A model generated the notes under the pieces. The model did no database searches, was not told where the DNA came from, and saw nothing but the letters and a program-made list of their open reading frames with translations. From Gemmatales bacterium (lineage in GTDB: Bacteria > Planctomycetota > Planctomycetia > Gemmatales > HRBIN36): 64,000 nucleotides of DNA. The position numbers and the translations under genes were made by a program. Where the stretch lies: the NCBI GenBank assembly GCA_041640595.1, contig JBEPZY010000004.1, positions 64,001 through 128,000 of the forward strand, read 5' to 3'. Positions 8,863 through 18,927 of this stretch are shown in pieces. The first letter of the stretch is position 1, and the number at the start of each line of letters is the position of its first letter.

Positions 8863-10827
8863 CTAGACAATGCGGAGCAATTCGTCGAGCGTGTCGTTGA
8901 CCACGGAAATATAGCGTGCCGCCAGCTGGAAAGCCCGTTGATGTTGCAACAGGCGGACCAGCTCTTCGTTGGGATCAACTCCGGAAACGGCCTGCTGCTC
9001 TGCCTGGAGTTGCTGGCTGACCGCGTGGAGATGATCTTCCACTTCAGCCGCGGATTGTACCTGTGCACCGATATCCGCCACCATGCGGTCGTAGAATCCG
9101 GCCAGCGTCAACCCGCTGCCTGGAAAGACAACCTGGGAGCGCAAGGCCAGCATTTCCCGCAATCGCCCGGCTTCGGCAGGTGCACCCGTGCGCGAAATCG
9201 CCAGCCGTGCGGGATCAGCGAGTACGTCGGGCTGCACTGCGACCGTCGCGGCATCTTTCCCCGTGAACAGCGTATTCAGCCCCAGAGCGCTCAGCAAACC
9301 GGCAGTGTCGGGCTCCGCGATGACAGGCACCTGAAAACTGTCTCCGGCATTGAGCGTTCCTGCCGAAAGTTGCACCAGCAGGCCATCCACGGCCGGGATC
9401 GCTGTGCCGGGAGCATAACCCTGGCCTACCTGCACGGTGCCCAGCACCTGGCCGGCGCTGTTGCGAATCTCCAGGGTCAAATTCGGCGTCACACCGATGG
9501 TGCCGCTCGTCAGGGCCTTAAATGTGTAGGTGTCGTTGACCGTGCCGGTGTATGTGCCGCTTACACTTGGCTGGGCCGTGCCAGTAATGCTCGTGGCTGG
9601 TTGGGTCGGTAGCCTGCCGGCAAAATCGAAAGCGTAACCCGGTTCGGCCAGGAACTTGAGGGTCCTGGTTTGAGGGTCGGCGATCGCTTGAAAGTGCGGT
9701 ACGCTGCTGAACGCCGACGCCAGTTGCGCCAGCGTTTGGGCACTCGGCTGCACCGACACGGCATGTAACGTTCGCTGTCCGGTGGCGAGATTGGTAATGC
9801 TGACGTAAACGGTGCCATTGCGGATTGGCCAGGCTGTATCGGCGCGGTCGAGGAAAATGTCCACGTGGCTTACCGACCTGGTTCCTGCCAGAAAAGTAAA
9901 CGGCCCGGCAAGACCTAATCCGCGAGCATGTATCGCATCGAACTCCCGCATCAGGACCCGTGCCAGTTCGTCGAGACGTTGGCGGAAATCGGCCAGGGTT
10001 TCATTCCGGGTCTGTAATAATCCAGCCAATCGCCCGCCCGGCAAGGTTACCGGCTCCGCACTGGTGCCGGCGAAGATGAGTAACCGATTTTCTGAGTCAA
10101 TTACCTGCCGCAGTTCTACCGCTTCCGTACCGCTGACCACCAGATTCCCACCCACCAGCACATTGACCTGTCCAAGCGGTTGTTCGATTACCTGCACTCC
10201 TACCAGCTGGGCAAGCTCTTGAATCAACTGATCGCGGCGATCCTGAGCATCGTTGGCGGGGCTACCGCGAGCCAGAGCCTGGGCAATTCGGCCGTTAAGT
10301 TCCGCAATCTGTTTTGTCAGCGCGTTGGCCTGTTGCAGAGCAGTTTGCACCTCGGCGGTGATTCCCTCGCGTAGCTCATTGAGCTGGTCCGCCACCTGGT
10401 GAAAACGGTTGGCGAGACGGTCAGCAGCATCCAGAACCAGCCGACGCTGCGTGAGATCTGCCGGCCGAACAGCCAATTCCTCCAGCCGATTGAAAAATTC
10501 GTCCAGAGCCTGACGCAGCGAACCGCTACCGCTCCCCAGGATAGTTTCCACCTCACGCAGGCGACTGAGCCGACTCGAAACAAACGCCAACTCACCCGCA
10601 TTTTGCCTGATGGCCTGCTCAAGCACCCCATCGCGCAAGCGTCGAATGGTGGTCAGTTCGACGCCGAAACCGATCGGATTTTCCGGGACAAATCGCGCCG
10701 CGAGTAACGGCTCCTGACGGTGATAACCAGGCGTATTGATATTGGCGATATTATGACCGAGCAGGTCGAGCACCTGCTGATTGACCCGAAAAGCCGAAAG
10801 CCCTGCCGAGAAATTCACGATGGCCAT
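8863..10827 (-). CDS. flgK: Flagellar hook-associated protein 1
   Basis: HNIANINTPGYHRQ N-terminus, SGVDPNEELVRLLQHQRAFQ C-terminus. Confidence 0.95.
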   Translation of the reverse strand: MAIVNFSAGLSAFRVNQQVLDLLGHNIANINTPGYHRQEPLLAARFVPENPIGFGVELTTIRRLRDGVLEQAIRQNAGELAFVSSRLSRLREVETILGSGSGSLRQALDEFFNRLEELAVRPADLTQRRLVLDAADRLANRFHQVADQLNELREGITAEVQTALQQANALTKQIAELNGRIAQALARGSPANDAQDRRDQLIQELAQLVGVQVIEQPLGQVNVLVGGNLVVSGTEAVELRQVIDSENRLLIFAGTSAEPVTLPGGRLAGLLQTRNETLADFRQRLDELARVLMREFDAIHARGLGLAGPFTFLAGTRSVSHVDIFLDRADTAWPIRNGTVYVSITNLATGQRTLHAVSVQPSAQTLAQLASAFSSVPHFQAIADPQTRTLKFLAEPGYAFDFAGRLPTQPATSITGTAQPSVSGTYTGTVNDTYTFKALTSGTIGVTPNLTLEIRNSAGQVLGTVQVGQGYAPGTAIPAVDGLLVQLSAGTLNAGDSFQVPVIAEPDTAGLLSALGLNTLFTGKDAATVAVQPDVLADPARLAISRTGAPAEAGRLREMLALRSQVVFPGSGLTLAGFYDRMVADIGAQVQSAAEVEDHLHAVSQQLQAEQQAVSGVDPNEELVRLLQHQRAFQLAARYISVVNDTLDELLRIV

Positions 10828-10854
10828 GGTTGCATCCGCGATTCCAGGGGGAGT

Positions 10855-11373
10855 CTAGCCCAGGAGCTGGATCAATGGGTCGCAGCAGCGCTGGCCGGGT
10901 TGTCCGTGTCGGTCATAATTTCCCGAACCTGGCGCAGATTCATTCAAGATGGCCGCAAGCATTCGGCCGTACAATTCACGCCCGAACCAGGCCAGCACCG
11001 CTACCCGCCGCAAATTCCGCTGCATTTCCAGGGCAAGCTGTCGCAGGCGCTCCCGCTGCCGACGCAATGACACCGCGGTGTCAGCGGTAAGCCGGCTTTC
11101 AAACGCCAACCAGTCCACACTTCCGTCACCGCGTACCGGCAGATTCCTTTTCAGAGCTTCCCGCTCCGCCTGTAATTTCTCCGCCCGCTTGGCCTGTACG
11201 AGAAACTCCTCCAGTACCGCACTAAGCTGGGCCAACTCCCCATTGACCAGACACGCATGCAGTCGAGCTAACGCTTCGCGCAGCGACTGGAGCCTTGCTT
11301 CTTCCTGCTCCAGATAATATGCCACGGCGGTCGCTGAAATCTGTGGATGCTCGCTCATGGTGATCGCTTTCAT
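10855..11373 (-). CDS. flgN: Flagellar export chaperone FlgN-like
   Basis: Small helical coiled-coil protein directly upstream of flgK, ending with Y-D-R-H-G and ...IQLLG; largely positional call. Confidence 0.65.
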   Translation of the reverse strand: MKAITMSEHPQISATAVAYYLEQEEARLQSLREALARLHACLVNGELAQLSAVLEEFLVQAKRAEKLQAEREALKRNLPVRGDGSVDWLAFESRLTADTAVSLRRQRERLRQLALEMQRNLRRVAVLAWFGRELYGRMLAAILNESAPGSGNYDRHGQPGQRCCDPLIQLLG

Positions 11374-11389
11374 CTAATGTTCAGGTTGC

Positions 11390-11824
11390 TCAGACGCCAG
11401 AGGTTGCCCGCGGGGAATTCGATAACCGTGGCTCGCTTCCTGAAGCCTCGGGTGTCTCCTGCGATAGCTTGGCTGCCCCGGTTTGCCATCGCTCATAGTG
11501 CTCTTGTATCAGTCGGCCGATGCCGAGCTGCTGCCGCTGGGCCAGAAACTGCCCAAGATAATAATCGAAGAGTCCACCAAAAATGTCGGCCTCATCTCCA
11601 GCGAACAAGCCTTCCCCTAATTCCTGAGTGGTCTGCCGCAACTGTTTGATGAGCGTGCTGTAAAAGAGCGCCTCGAAACTCAAAGCCGCCTGCCGCAATG
11701 CCTCTTTTGATTTCGCGGCATGTTCTGCGAGTGATGTCCGTCCAGACCTGACCAGGCCGGCTAGCCGGTCCGCTTGTGTCGCCAGGAGATCTACCGGTAT
11801 TCGCGGTGTGGCCAGAAGTTCCAT
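11390..11824 (-). CDS. flgJ: Rod-binding protein (FlgJ N-terminal domain only, no muramidase domain)
   Basis: LRQAALSFEALF...IKQLRQT...QLGIGRLI rod-binding pattern, downstream of flgI. Confidence 0.75.
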   Translation of the reverse strand: MELLATPRIPVDLLATQADRLAGLVRSGRTSLAEHAAKSKEALRQAALSFEALFYSTLIKQLRQTTQELGEGLFAGDEADIFGGLFDYYLGQFLAQRQQLGIGRLIQEHYERWQTGAAKLSQETPEASGSEPRLSNSPRATSGV

Positions 11825-11852
11825 CCTGCTTCTCCGGCTTTTCGGTTGCACT

Positions 11853-12977
11853 TCATTCAATAATGAGTTCCGCATGCAACGCCCCGGCGTCCTTCAGTGC
11901 CTGGAAAATGGCAATCAAATCGCGAGGGGTAACGCCCAGGGCGTTTAGAGCGCGGGCCAGCTCGGCTACCGTGACCGATTGCTCCACCACCGCCAGACCT
12001 CCGCCTTGTTCGGTTACGTTGAGTTGCGTACGTGGCACTACCGTCGTCTGGCCGCGACTAAAAGGCAATGGTTGCGACACTTCGGGATTTTCCGCGGTTA
12101 CGATCGTGAGATTGCCGTGCGCGACCGCCACTGTAGATATTTTGACATGCTGTCCGGCAACGACCGTTCCGGTGCGCTCATTGATAACAACCACCGCTAC
12201 TGCATCGGGAGCAACTTCGAGCAAGCCGATCTCTCCGGCAAAACCCACCACATTGCCACGTTTTTCCGGCGGAATGGCCACCTCCACCGTGCCGGCGTCC
12301 AGAGTTACTGCCGATTCTGGAAATTTCTGGTTGATAGCACGGGCAATAGCTTGTGCCGTTGTGAAATCCGGACGCTTCAGTAAAAGACGCAACCGTCCAT
12401 TGCAAACGATCTCGCCTCGTGCCTCAGCCTCTACAATCGCTCCACCTGGAATGCGTCCCACCGTCGGAAAATTCTGCTGTGCCGATGCCGCTCGTCCAGT
12501 TGCTAAAAATCCTCCCACCGATACAGGCCCTTGGGCCACCGCATACACTTCCCCATCCGCTCCGCGCAAAGGCGTCAAAAGCAGCACGCCACCCTGCAAA
12601 CTCTTGGCGTCATCCAGCGCCGATACGGTCACGTCTATTCGACTCCCTTTGCGTGCAAACGGGCCTAACTCCGCCGTCACCATCACAGCCGAAATATTCC
12701 CCGAACGAAACACTGGATCAATCTGCGATTCTCGCACTGCCTTCGCATTCACCGATAGTTTCTGCAACATATCCGCCGCTACCTGTTGTGTGAACTGACT
12801 GCGTCCACCTGTATTACCCAGTCCCACAACTAAACCAAATCCATAGAGCTGATTCGGCCGTGCCCCTTCAAAGTCGGTAATATCCTTGATCCGCACCGTC
12901 TGTGCTTGTGCTTGCGGGAGGCAATTCCATAAGTATAAGGCTACTAATAAAACCCGTGGTCGGTTGCAGAACCTCAT
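11853..12977 (-). CDS. flgI: Flagellar P-ring protein
   Basis: RIKDI...NQLYGFGLVVGLGNTG, INERTGTVVAG, ALKDAGALHAEL. Confidence 0.96.
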   Translation of the reverse strand: MRFCNRPRVLLVALYLWNCLPQAQAQTVRIKDITDFEGARPNQLYGFGLVVGLGNTGGRSQFTQQVAADMLQKLSVNAKAVRESQIDPVFRSGNISAVMVTAELGPFARKGSRIDVTVSALDDAKSLQGGVLLLTPLRGADGEVYAVAQGPVSVGGFLATGRAASAQQNFPTVGRIPGGAIVEAEARGEIVCNGRLRLLLKRPDFTTAQAIARAINQKFPESAVTLDAGTVEVAIPPEKRGNVVGFAGEIGLLEVAPDAVAVVVINERTGTVVAGQHVKISTVAVAHGNLTIVTAENPEVSQPLPFSRGQTTVVPRTQLNVTEQGGGLAVVEQSVTVAELARALNALGVTPRDLIAIFQALKDAGALHAELIIE

Positions 12978-13082
12978 ATGTCTGCCACCCTTGATTTTGC
13001 CCCGAAATTATCTTGCTGCTGGATATTGCACATGGTATGTTTCCGCCGATATTTATTCTGGTAGCACTATGCGTCATCTAGC

Positions 13083-13778
13083 TTAGAACGGCCAAAGACG
13101 ATTCATGATACGGCCCCACCAGTTCGGGTCGTTATAACTCGATTCATAACCCCGTCCCAGATATTCGATGCTAAGGTTGCCGATAAACTGCGATTGAACG
13201 GTGTTGTTACTGGCTATATCAACCGGCCGTACAATACCCCGCAGGCGTAAAATGCGTTGTTCTCCACTTATGACGCGACTACGGTAACCTTCGATGACGA
13301 GATTTCCGTTTGGTAGAACCGCCACGACCTCAACTGTTATACGATCAGCCATCCGCCGGTCAGCGCGATAATCGGCCTTCCCCTGGAAACTTCGTTCGGC
13401 ATCGTTACTGATATTCAGAGCCGCCTCAGCTTTTCGGCTCGACACATTTCCCTGTGTTTTGCCCTTAAACTGAAAGGCTTCCGAACTGCGCGTTTGCTTC
13501 TCCATGTCCCGCTTATCTCGATTATCTATATCCGTGGTCTCGTTGATGATCACTGTCAGCAGATCGCCTACCCGACGGGCACGCAGATCGGTGAATAGAT
13601 AAGCACTTCGGGGGTCGCGTCGGTCCCAGAGCGACTCGCCCCAGACATGGCTGGTAAATGCTAAGGCGAATCCTATGCTGATTAATCCAGCCAAGCAAAG
13701 GAGTGACTTATGCTGATAATAGCTCTCGCATCGGCTAACCTGCGTATTATCCATTCTCTTTCCCCCGCAGTAAGCCAC
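13083..13778 (-). CDS. flgH: Flagellar L-ring protein
   Basis: DLRARRVGDLLTVIINE, VLPNGNLVIEG, GIVRPVDI, C-terminal WPF; exact start uncertain. Confidence 0.93.
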   Translation of the reverse strand: MAYCGGKRMDNTQVSRCESYYQHKSLLCLAGLISIGFALAFTSHVWGESLWDRRDPRSAYLFTDLRARRVGDLLTVIINETTDIDNRDKRDMEKQTRSSEAFQFKGKTQGNVSSRKAEAALNISNDAERSFQGKADYRADRRMADRITVEVVAVLPNGNLVIEGYRSRVISGEQRILRLRGIVRPVDIASNNTVQSQFIGNLSIEYLGRGYESSYNDPNWWGRIMNRLWPF

Positions 13779-13840
13779 CCTGGTGGTTCTAACATATAAT
13801 AATGTCCCTTAGCCGCAGCTATCTTGTTCGTTTTTATGCT

Positions 13841-14668
13841 TTAGTAATCCACCTGCACGGTAGCTGGCCGCAATACCCGCGCATGCACAACCTGCTTAGA
13901 ATCCACATTCCGGACCGGAATTACCTGTCCGATCTTGCCATCTGCCAGGGCTTCGCCGCGAGTGCTAATCTCCAGCACGCCCACTCGTGCGATCATCCGA
14001 ACAAACTCTCCTTTCTTGATCACGGTGGTCTGTTCCGCACTTGCAATGTGTTCGGCTCGGATTACTTGATTCGGCGATATATTACGACTCACCGTTCGGC
14101 CATAAGCGGCATTTGGGCTTACAGCATTGGTCTCGCCGACTCTGTGTTCCGTTCGCGTGTTATTGGGACTAAGCAGCTCGCCTGGCTGCAACGATCTGGC
14201 AGCCACCAGCACCACGTCTCCACCGGTAGCGGAAACAGATCCGGTCTGTTTGAACCTAACTCGGGTCATTCGCGCCCCTTCTATCCGAACAGTGTCGGGA
14301 TGAATTCCCGCCAGGCGGATTCGGTAAACGACTCGTCGCTGGCTGATTATTAATTCGCTGCCCGGGCCCGCGCTTTCCTCTAACTCAAGCGGAGCAATCT
14401 GCAGGCGCCTGGGAGCAGGCCCGCCTCTAATGTCCGCAATATCCCCTATCTGTACGCGGCCGGCAGGTAACTCTACTTCCTCATGCATGACAACATACGT
14501 TACGTCATCACCTGATTCCACGCCTAATAACTTGCCCGGCAGCATAGGCGTTGAAGCGAAAGCAACAGTCAGTGTGAACAGCATGAGCTTCAGGAGCGCA
14601 AAAAGGTAATGCCTGGACTGTTGCGACAGGAATGCTACCTGCTTCATGGGAAGCATTAGCCGTACCAT
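13841..14668 (-). CDS. flgA: P-ring assembly chaperone FlgA
   Basis: SAF-like C-terminus (GEALADGKIGQVIPVRNVDSKQVVHARV), between flgG and flgH. Confidence 0.85.
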   Translation of the reverse strand: MVRLMLPMKQVAFLSQQSRHYLFALLKLMLFTLTVAFASTPMLPGKLLGVESGDDVTYVVMHEEVELPAGRVQIGDIADIRGGPAPRRLQIAPLELEESAGPGSELIISQRRVVYRIRLAGIHPDTVRIEGARMTRVRFKQTGSVSATGGDVVLVAARSLQPGELLSPNNTRTEHRVGETNAVSPNAAYGRTVSRNISPNQVIRAEHIASAEQTTVIKKGEFVRMIARVGVLEISTRGEALADGKIGQVIPVRNVDSKQVVHARVLRPATVQVDY

Positions 14669-14760
14669 ATCACTATCGTGGTTATACTCTGTAGTGCCTA
14701 CTGCGTCCTCAGATGGTAAGGCTCCGATGACTATCGTTGTTCATCGGGTCTAGCGTGCTC

Positions 14761-15552
14761 CTATCGGACCAATTCGTTGGAACTGGCCAGCATATCATCG
14801 GCGACACGTATAGCCTTACTGTTAAATTCGTAAGCTCGCTGTGCCAGGATAAGATTAATAAGCTCCTGGACGACATCTACGTTGGACCTTTCCAGGAACC
14901 CCTGCCGTATAGTACCCACTCCATCCTGCCCTGGAGTTGCTTCCACTGGGGCACCGGAAGATGCGGTTTCCGCGTAAAGATTGCGGCCTTCGCTGCTAAG
15001 TCCGGCAGGATTAGGAAAACGTACCAGCACGAGATTGCCAATTACTGTGGATGTTGTCGGAGCGTCGGCGGTAATCACGGAAACCGTCCCATCAGTGGCT
15101 ATGGATATAGACAGGGTGTTGACTGGCACCGTGATTGGAGGATCGAGCAGAAAACCATCGGAAGTGACTACTTGACCGTTGGCATTCATGCGAAAGGCAC
15201 CATCGCGGGTATATCGGAAGGTGCCGTTCGGCAGTTGCACGCGGAAAAATCCTTCCCCTTCAATAGCGAGATCCAGGGGATTGTTAGTATTTTCGAGCAC
15301 CCCCTCGCTAAACAACTTCATGTTACCGCCGATGCGCACGCCGCTACCGATCTGCAAGCCATTTTGTTCCTGCAAACCGGCAGCGGTTTCCGCACCGGTA
15401 GGTCGCTGGGTAACGTAAACCAGATCCTGAAACGATACCTGGCTCTTCTTGAATCCGGTTGTATTGACGTTAGCGAGATTGTTAGCGGTGTTATCTACTA
15501 CAATTTGTTGCGCTGCCATGCCGGTGGCACTGGTGAAGAGGGACTTAAGCAT
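14761..15552 (-). CDS. flgG: Flagellar distal rod protein
   Basis: ANNLANVNTTGFKK, YTRDGAF, LERSNVDVVQELINLILAQRAYEFNSK. Confidence 0.96.
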   Translation of the reverse strand: MLKSLFTSATGMAAQQIVVDNTANNLANVNTTGFKKSQVSFQDLVYVTQRPTGAETAAGLQEQNGLQIGSGVRIGGNMKLFSEGVLENTNNPLDLAIEGEGFFRVQLPNGTFRYTRDGAFRMNANGQVVTSDGFLLDPPITVPVNTLSISIATDGTVSVITADAPTTSTVIGNLVLVRFPNPAGLSSEGRNLYAETASSGAPVEATPGQDGVGTIRQGFLERSNVDVVQELINLILAQRAYEFNSKAIRVADDMLASSNELVR

Positions 15553-15573
15553 GGCTATCTCCCCTGCTAAGTT

Positions 15574-16305
15574 TTACGAGCCTGGTCGCGTTTGCAGTTG
15601 CAGACTATCTGCTAATACGTGCAAGGCGCGTTGTGCCGCTTCAAAATGACGTAAAGTCGTAATGAGTTGCACCAATTGACTTACGATATCCACGTTAGAA
15701 CTTTCACGATAGCCCTGAAGAACACTACTGTCATTAGCATCACTAACAGCTTCGGGCGGAGCACGGAATAAAGTCGCACCAACTGGTTCTAATGCTCGCG
15801 GATCATTGATTTCGACCAGACGGATTTGTCCTACGGTCTGCGTGTCGGCGAGCACAGTGCCATCCTGAAGTATAGTAACCGTGGATGTGTTCTCGGGCAA
15901 GGTAATGCGTCCACCAGCACCGAGGAGAGGATAACCACCGGGAGTGACTAACTCTCGGGCCGCATTCAAAGAGAGGGAACCCGCGCGGGTGTAAAGCGGA
16001 CCATCGGGGCCTTCCACAACGAAAAAGCCAGGACCGCGAACAGCGAGATCAAGAGGTGCCCCAGTAAACTCAATTGCTCCCTGAGTCAAGTCCACGAGCG
16101 ATCCTGCACGAAGTGTACCGTAACGCTCATATTCTGTCGGGGCGGCGCCTAGAACCTGATTCAGCTGTGCCTCGAAGGTTGCCGAGGCATCGAGTCGCTG
16201 GCGGTAACCGGGGACAGCGGCATGGGCGAGGTTAAAAGCCACTAGCTCCTGGTGTTCCTGAGCACGATTCAAGGCAGTAGCGGCACTATAAAAACCCGTA
16301 AGCAT
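15574..16305 (-). CDS. flgF: Flagellar proximal rod protein
   Basis: NLAHAAVPGY, DLAVRGPGFF, YTRAGSL, QGYRESSNVD; upstream of flgG. Confidence 0.9.
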   Translation of the reverse strand: MLTGFYSAATALNRAQEHQELVAFNLAHAAVPGYRQRLDASATFEAQLNQVLGAAPTEYERYGTLRAGSLVDLTQGAIEFTGAPLDLAVRGPGFFVVEGPDGPLYTRAGSLSLNAARELVTPGGYPLLGAGGRITLPENTSTVTILQDGTVLADTQTVGQIRLVEINDPRALEPVGATLFRAPPEAVSDANDSSVLQGYRESSNVDIVSQLVQLITTLRHFEAAQRALHVLADSLQLQTRPGS

Positions 16306-16481
16306 GGCCTACCCCGCCTCAGTGTGGCCTCCCTTCTCCACGCTCGTTATCATCACGACTATAAGAGGCGAATATGCTGGCCTTAATTCCACGGGGCTCA
16401 TCGGGGATGTTAAAGTTTGCGGGAGAGTTAAAATTTACGCCCTTTGCTGAATCATCTAAGTCGCCATCAGCTCCAGAACTC

Positions 16482-16509
16482 TTATCGGTTGCAAGGGATG
16501 CGAAATTGA
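16482..16509 (-). promoter_or_regulatory. Putative sigma28 (FliA)-like promoter upstream of flgF
   Basis: Minus strand TCAA-N16-ACCGATAA versus consensus TAAA-N15-GCCGATAA, about 175 bp upstream of flgF. Confidence 0.35.
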
Positions 16510-16640
16510 TCGCGTCCACCTGTTTTAGGGAATAGGCGCGAGAAAATAGAAGGTTGGAACAAATCAAGGGGAGTTGACGGAACAGAACTTCCGCCTGGGC
16601 ACGAACTCGTTCGCCAGCCGCAATCTGCGTTTATTGCTGC

Positions 16641-18095
16641 TTAAACGGAAATTTCTGCCCGCTGCTTAAGGTACGCACGGTAACGGTCTCGAATAGGCTC
16701 GACGACTTCCTGGATGAATTCGACAACCTGTTGCGGAGCACGCCCCACACAGCGCTCGGGTTTGCTTAGAGCGTCAAAATCCATCCCGGCAAAAATCGGT
16801 TCGTCCGCAAGACGTTGCCACAAGTGCTCAACTTTGCCGTGCTTGAGCTGCTCAGCCACGGCGAGTGTGTGTCGGCGAATGATTTCGTGAACGGCCTGGC
16901 GATCAGCACCGCGACGAACTGCCTCCATGAGCAAGTGTTCCGTGGCCATAAACGGCAACTCCCGCTGCAGATGAAGAGCTATCATTTCAGTATTTACCAC
17001 AAGGCCGCTCACTATATTCAGATAAAGCCGAAGGACGGCGTCTGCCGTCAGGAAAGCCTGTGGTAACACTAGGCGACGATTAGCACTATCGTCGAGAGTG
17101 CGTTCCAGCCATTGCGTCGCTGCTGTGTAGTGGGCATTGTGGCTAAGTTCGATCAAGAATCGCGCCAGGCCGCACAGTCGTTCAGCACGCATAGGATTGC
17201 GCTTATAAGGCATGGCAGATGAGCCAACCTGTTCTGCTTCAAACGGTTCTTCGATTTCATGCTCGTGCTGTAAGAGCCGCAGGTCACTGGCAAACTTATG
17301 GGCCGACTGACCGATACCGCTCAGAGCATCGAGTATCTGAGCATCTACCTTTCTAGTGTATGTTTGTCCAGTAACGGGGTGGACGTTTTCGAAGCCCAAC
17401 TTCTTTGCGACGAGCCGATCGAGACGGCGAACCTTATCGTGATCTCCGTGGAATAGCGTAAGAAAACTCGCTTGCGTACCGGTGGCACCCTTGGCGCCGC
17501 GAAAAGCTAGACCTTGAAGCCGGCGCTCCAGTTCCTGGAGATCCAGCACCAGATCGTAGCACCAGAGGCAAGCGCGTTTGCCGACTGTAGTTAGTTGTGC
17601 GGGTTGGAAATGCGTGTAACCCAGCGTTGGCAGGTCGCGCCAGCGCTCGGCGAATTCCGCCAGACGATCGATTACCCCAACCAGCCTTTGCACCAGTAAA
17701 CGCAAACCCTCCCGCATCAGGATCAGATCAGCATTATCGGTCACATAGCAACTGGTCGCCCCCAGATGAATGATGGGTCTGGCTTGTGGACAAACGTCTC
17801 CGAACGCATAAATGTGAGCGGTAACATCGTGGCGGAAGCGCCGTTCGTAAGCGGCTGCTTTTTCCCAATCAATGTCGTCTAAATGAGCACGCATCGCTTC
17901 GAGTTGCTCTGCTGTAATAAGGGGAGTAACGCCGTCCGCCGCAGTTAGTCCCAGTTCGTATTGCGCTTCCGCTAACGCCAGCCAGAGCCGCCGCCATAAG
18001 CCATAGCGGCGTTGGGGACTCCATAGTTCGATCATTTCCGGTGAGGCATAGCGTTCGACGAGCGGATTATCGCATATTCTGGTTTCACATTGCAT
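16641..18095 (-). CDS. purB: Adenylosuccinate lyase
   Basis: [19 protein letters not shown], signature [11 protein letters not shown]. Confidence 0.97.
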   Translation of the reverse strand: MQCETRICDNPLVERYASPEMIELWSPQRRYGLWRRLWLALAEAQYELGLTAADGVTPLITAEQLEAMRAHLDDIDWEKAAAYERRFRHDVTAHIYAFGDVCPQARPIIHLGATSCYVTDNADLILMREGLRLLVQRLVGVIDRLAEFAERWRDLPTLGYTHFQPAQLTTVGKRACLWCYDLVLDLQELERRLQGLAFRGAKGATGTQASFLTLFHGDHDKVRRLDRLVAKKLGFENVHPVTGQTYTRKVDAQILDALSGIGQSAHKFASDLRLLQHEHEIEEPFEAEQVGSSAMPYKRNPMRAERLCGLARFLIELSHNAHYTAATQWLERTLDDSANRRLVLPQAFLTADAVLRLYLNIVSGLVVNTEMIALHLQRELPFMATEHLLMEAVRRGADRQAVHEIIRRHTLAVAEQLKHGKVEHLWQRLADEPIFAGMDFDALSKPERCVGRAPQQVVEFIQEVVEPIRDRYRAYLKQRAEISV

Positions 18096-18342
18096 GTCGC
18101 TGTTCCTTCTTCCAGCATAGTAAGGGGATTGCGTGATTTATGGCCTATTGATTATACGGACTAGCCGGACAGAGGCTACGCTTTGCCTCCAGGTGTCCAG
18201 GCACTAAATTTGTTTTTCCACGACTAATTGTTACAACCGCGCATAGACAGCAAGATATGGGAACATAACAGTGCGATTTTGCCGGCCTGGCTCTTTAGCA
18301 TGTGGTAAACTAAACTGGGGCATTAGCCCGAAACAGGGAGAT

Positions 18343-18648
18343 ATGACCATGTCAGGAAGACGCTATTGGCTGGCCGGAGTGGCTCTTATCTGGTTGGGAT
18401 TAGCGCAAGTGTACGGACAATATCCGATTCCCAGCGCTAATCCTACGACCTACTATTACTATCCGTACTACTACTACCCGCACAACTACTGGCCGAACCA
18501 GCAACCCTGGCCCGACCCGTCACGTCCGTTTCAATTGCCGCCGCCTTATATGGCATATCCCCCCTATCTCGATCGGAATTTCCGCTACGATCTGTTTATG
18601 CCAAAACCCTACTACAAGGGTTTTCATTTTTGGCTCGATCAGTTTTAG
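18343..18648 (+). CDS. Small secreted Tyr/Pro-rich protein of unknown function
   Basis: GGGAG RBS, signal peptide (RRYWLAGVALIWLGLAQVYG), YYYYPYYYYPHNYWP, C-terminal FHFWLDQF; start 18343 or 18349. Confidence 0.8.
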   Translation: MTMSGRRYWLAGVALIWLGLAQVYGQYPIPSANPTTYYYYPYYYYPHNYWPNQQPWPDPSRPFQLPPPYMAYPPYLDRNFRYDLFMPKPYYKGFHFWLDQF

Positions 18649-18927
18649 TGGCAGCGCGAGCGAAGGACATTTTGCTGATACGCAGCCTGCATGCCAGGTG
18701 CAATAGGCTCTACTCAGGATAAACGCCTCGGTAGAGCCTGCCGCAGCCTTTCTATTTTGATTGCCAGCCAGGCACGTTATCGAAGGCAGCAATCTTTCGT
18801 AACGCTGCTGCAGGCTTTTTATTTTGATATCCAGTTCCACTTTGTTTGCGGCTATGGGGAAGTGATCACAACTGGCCTGTCTGGCCTGCAAGACTGATAA
18901 TGGTTTGTGCGCGAGAAGGAGAGCAAC

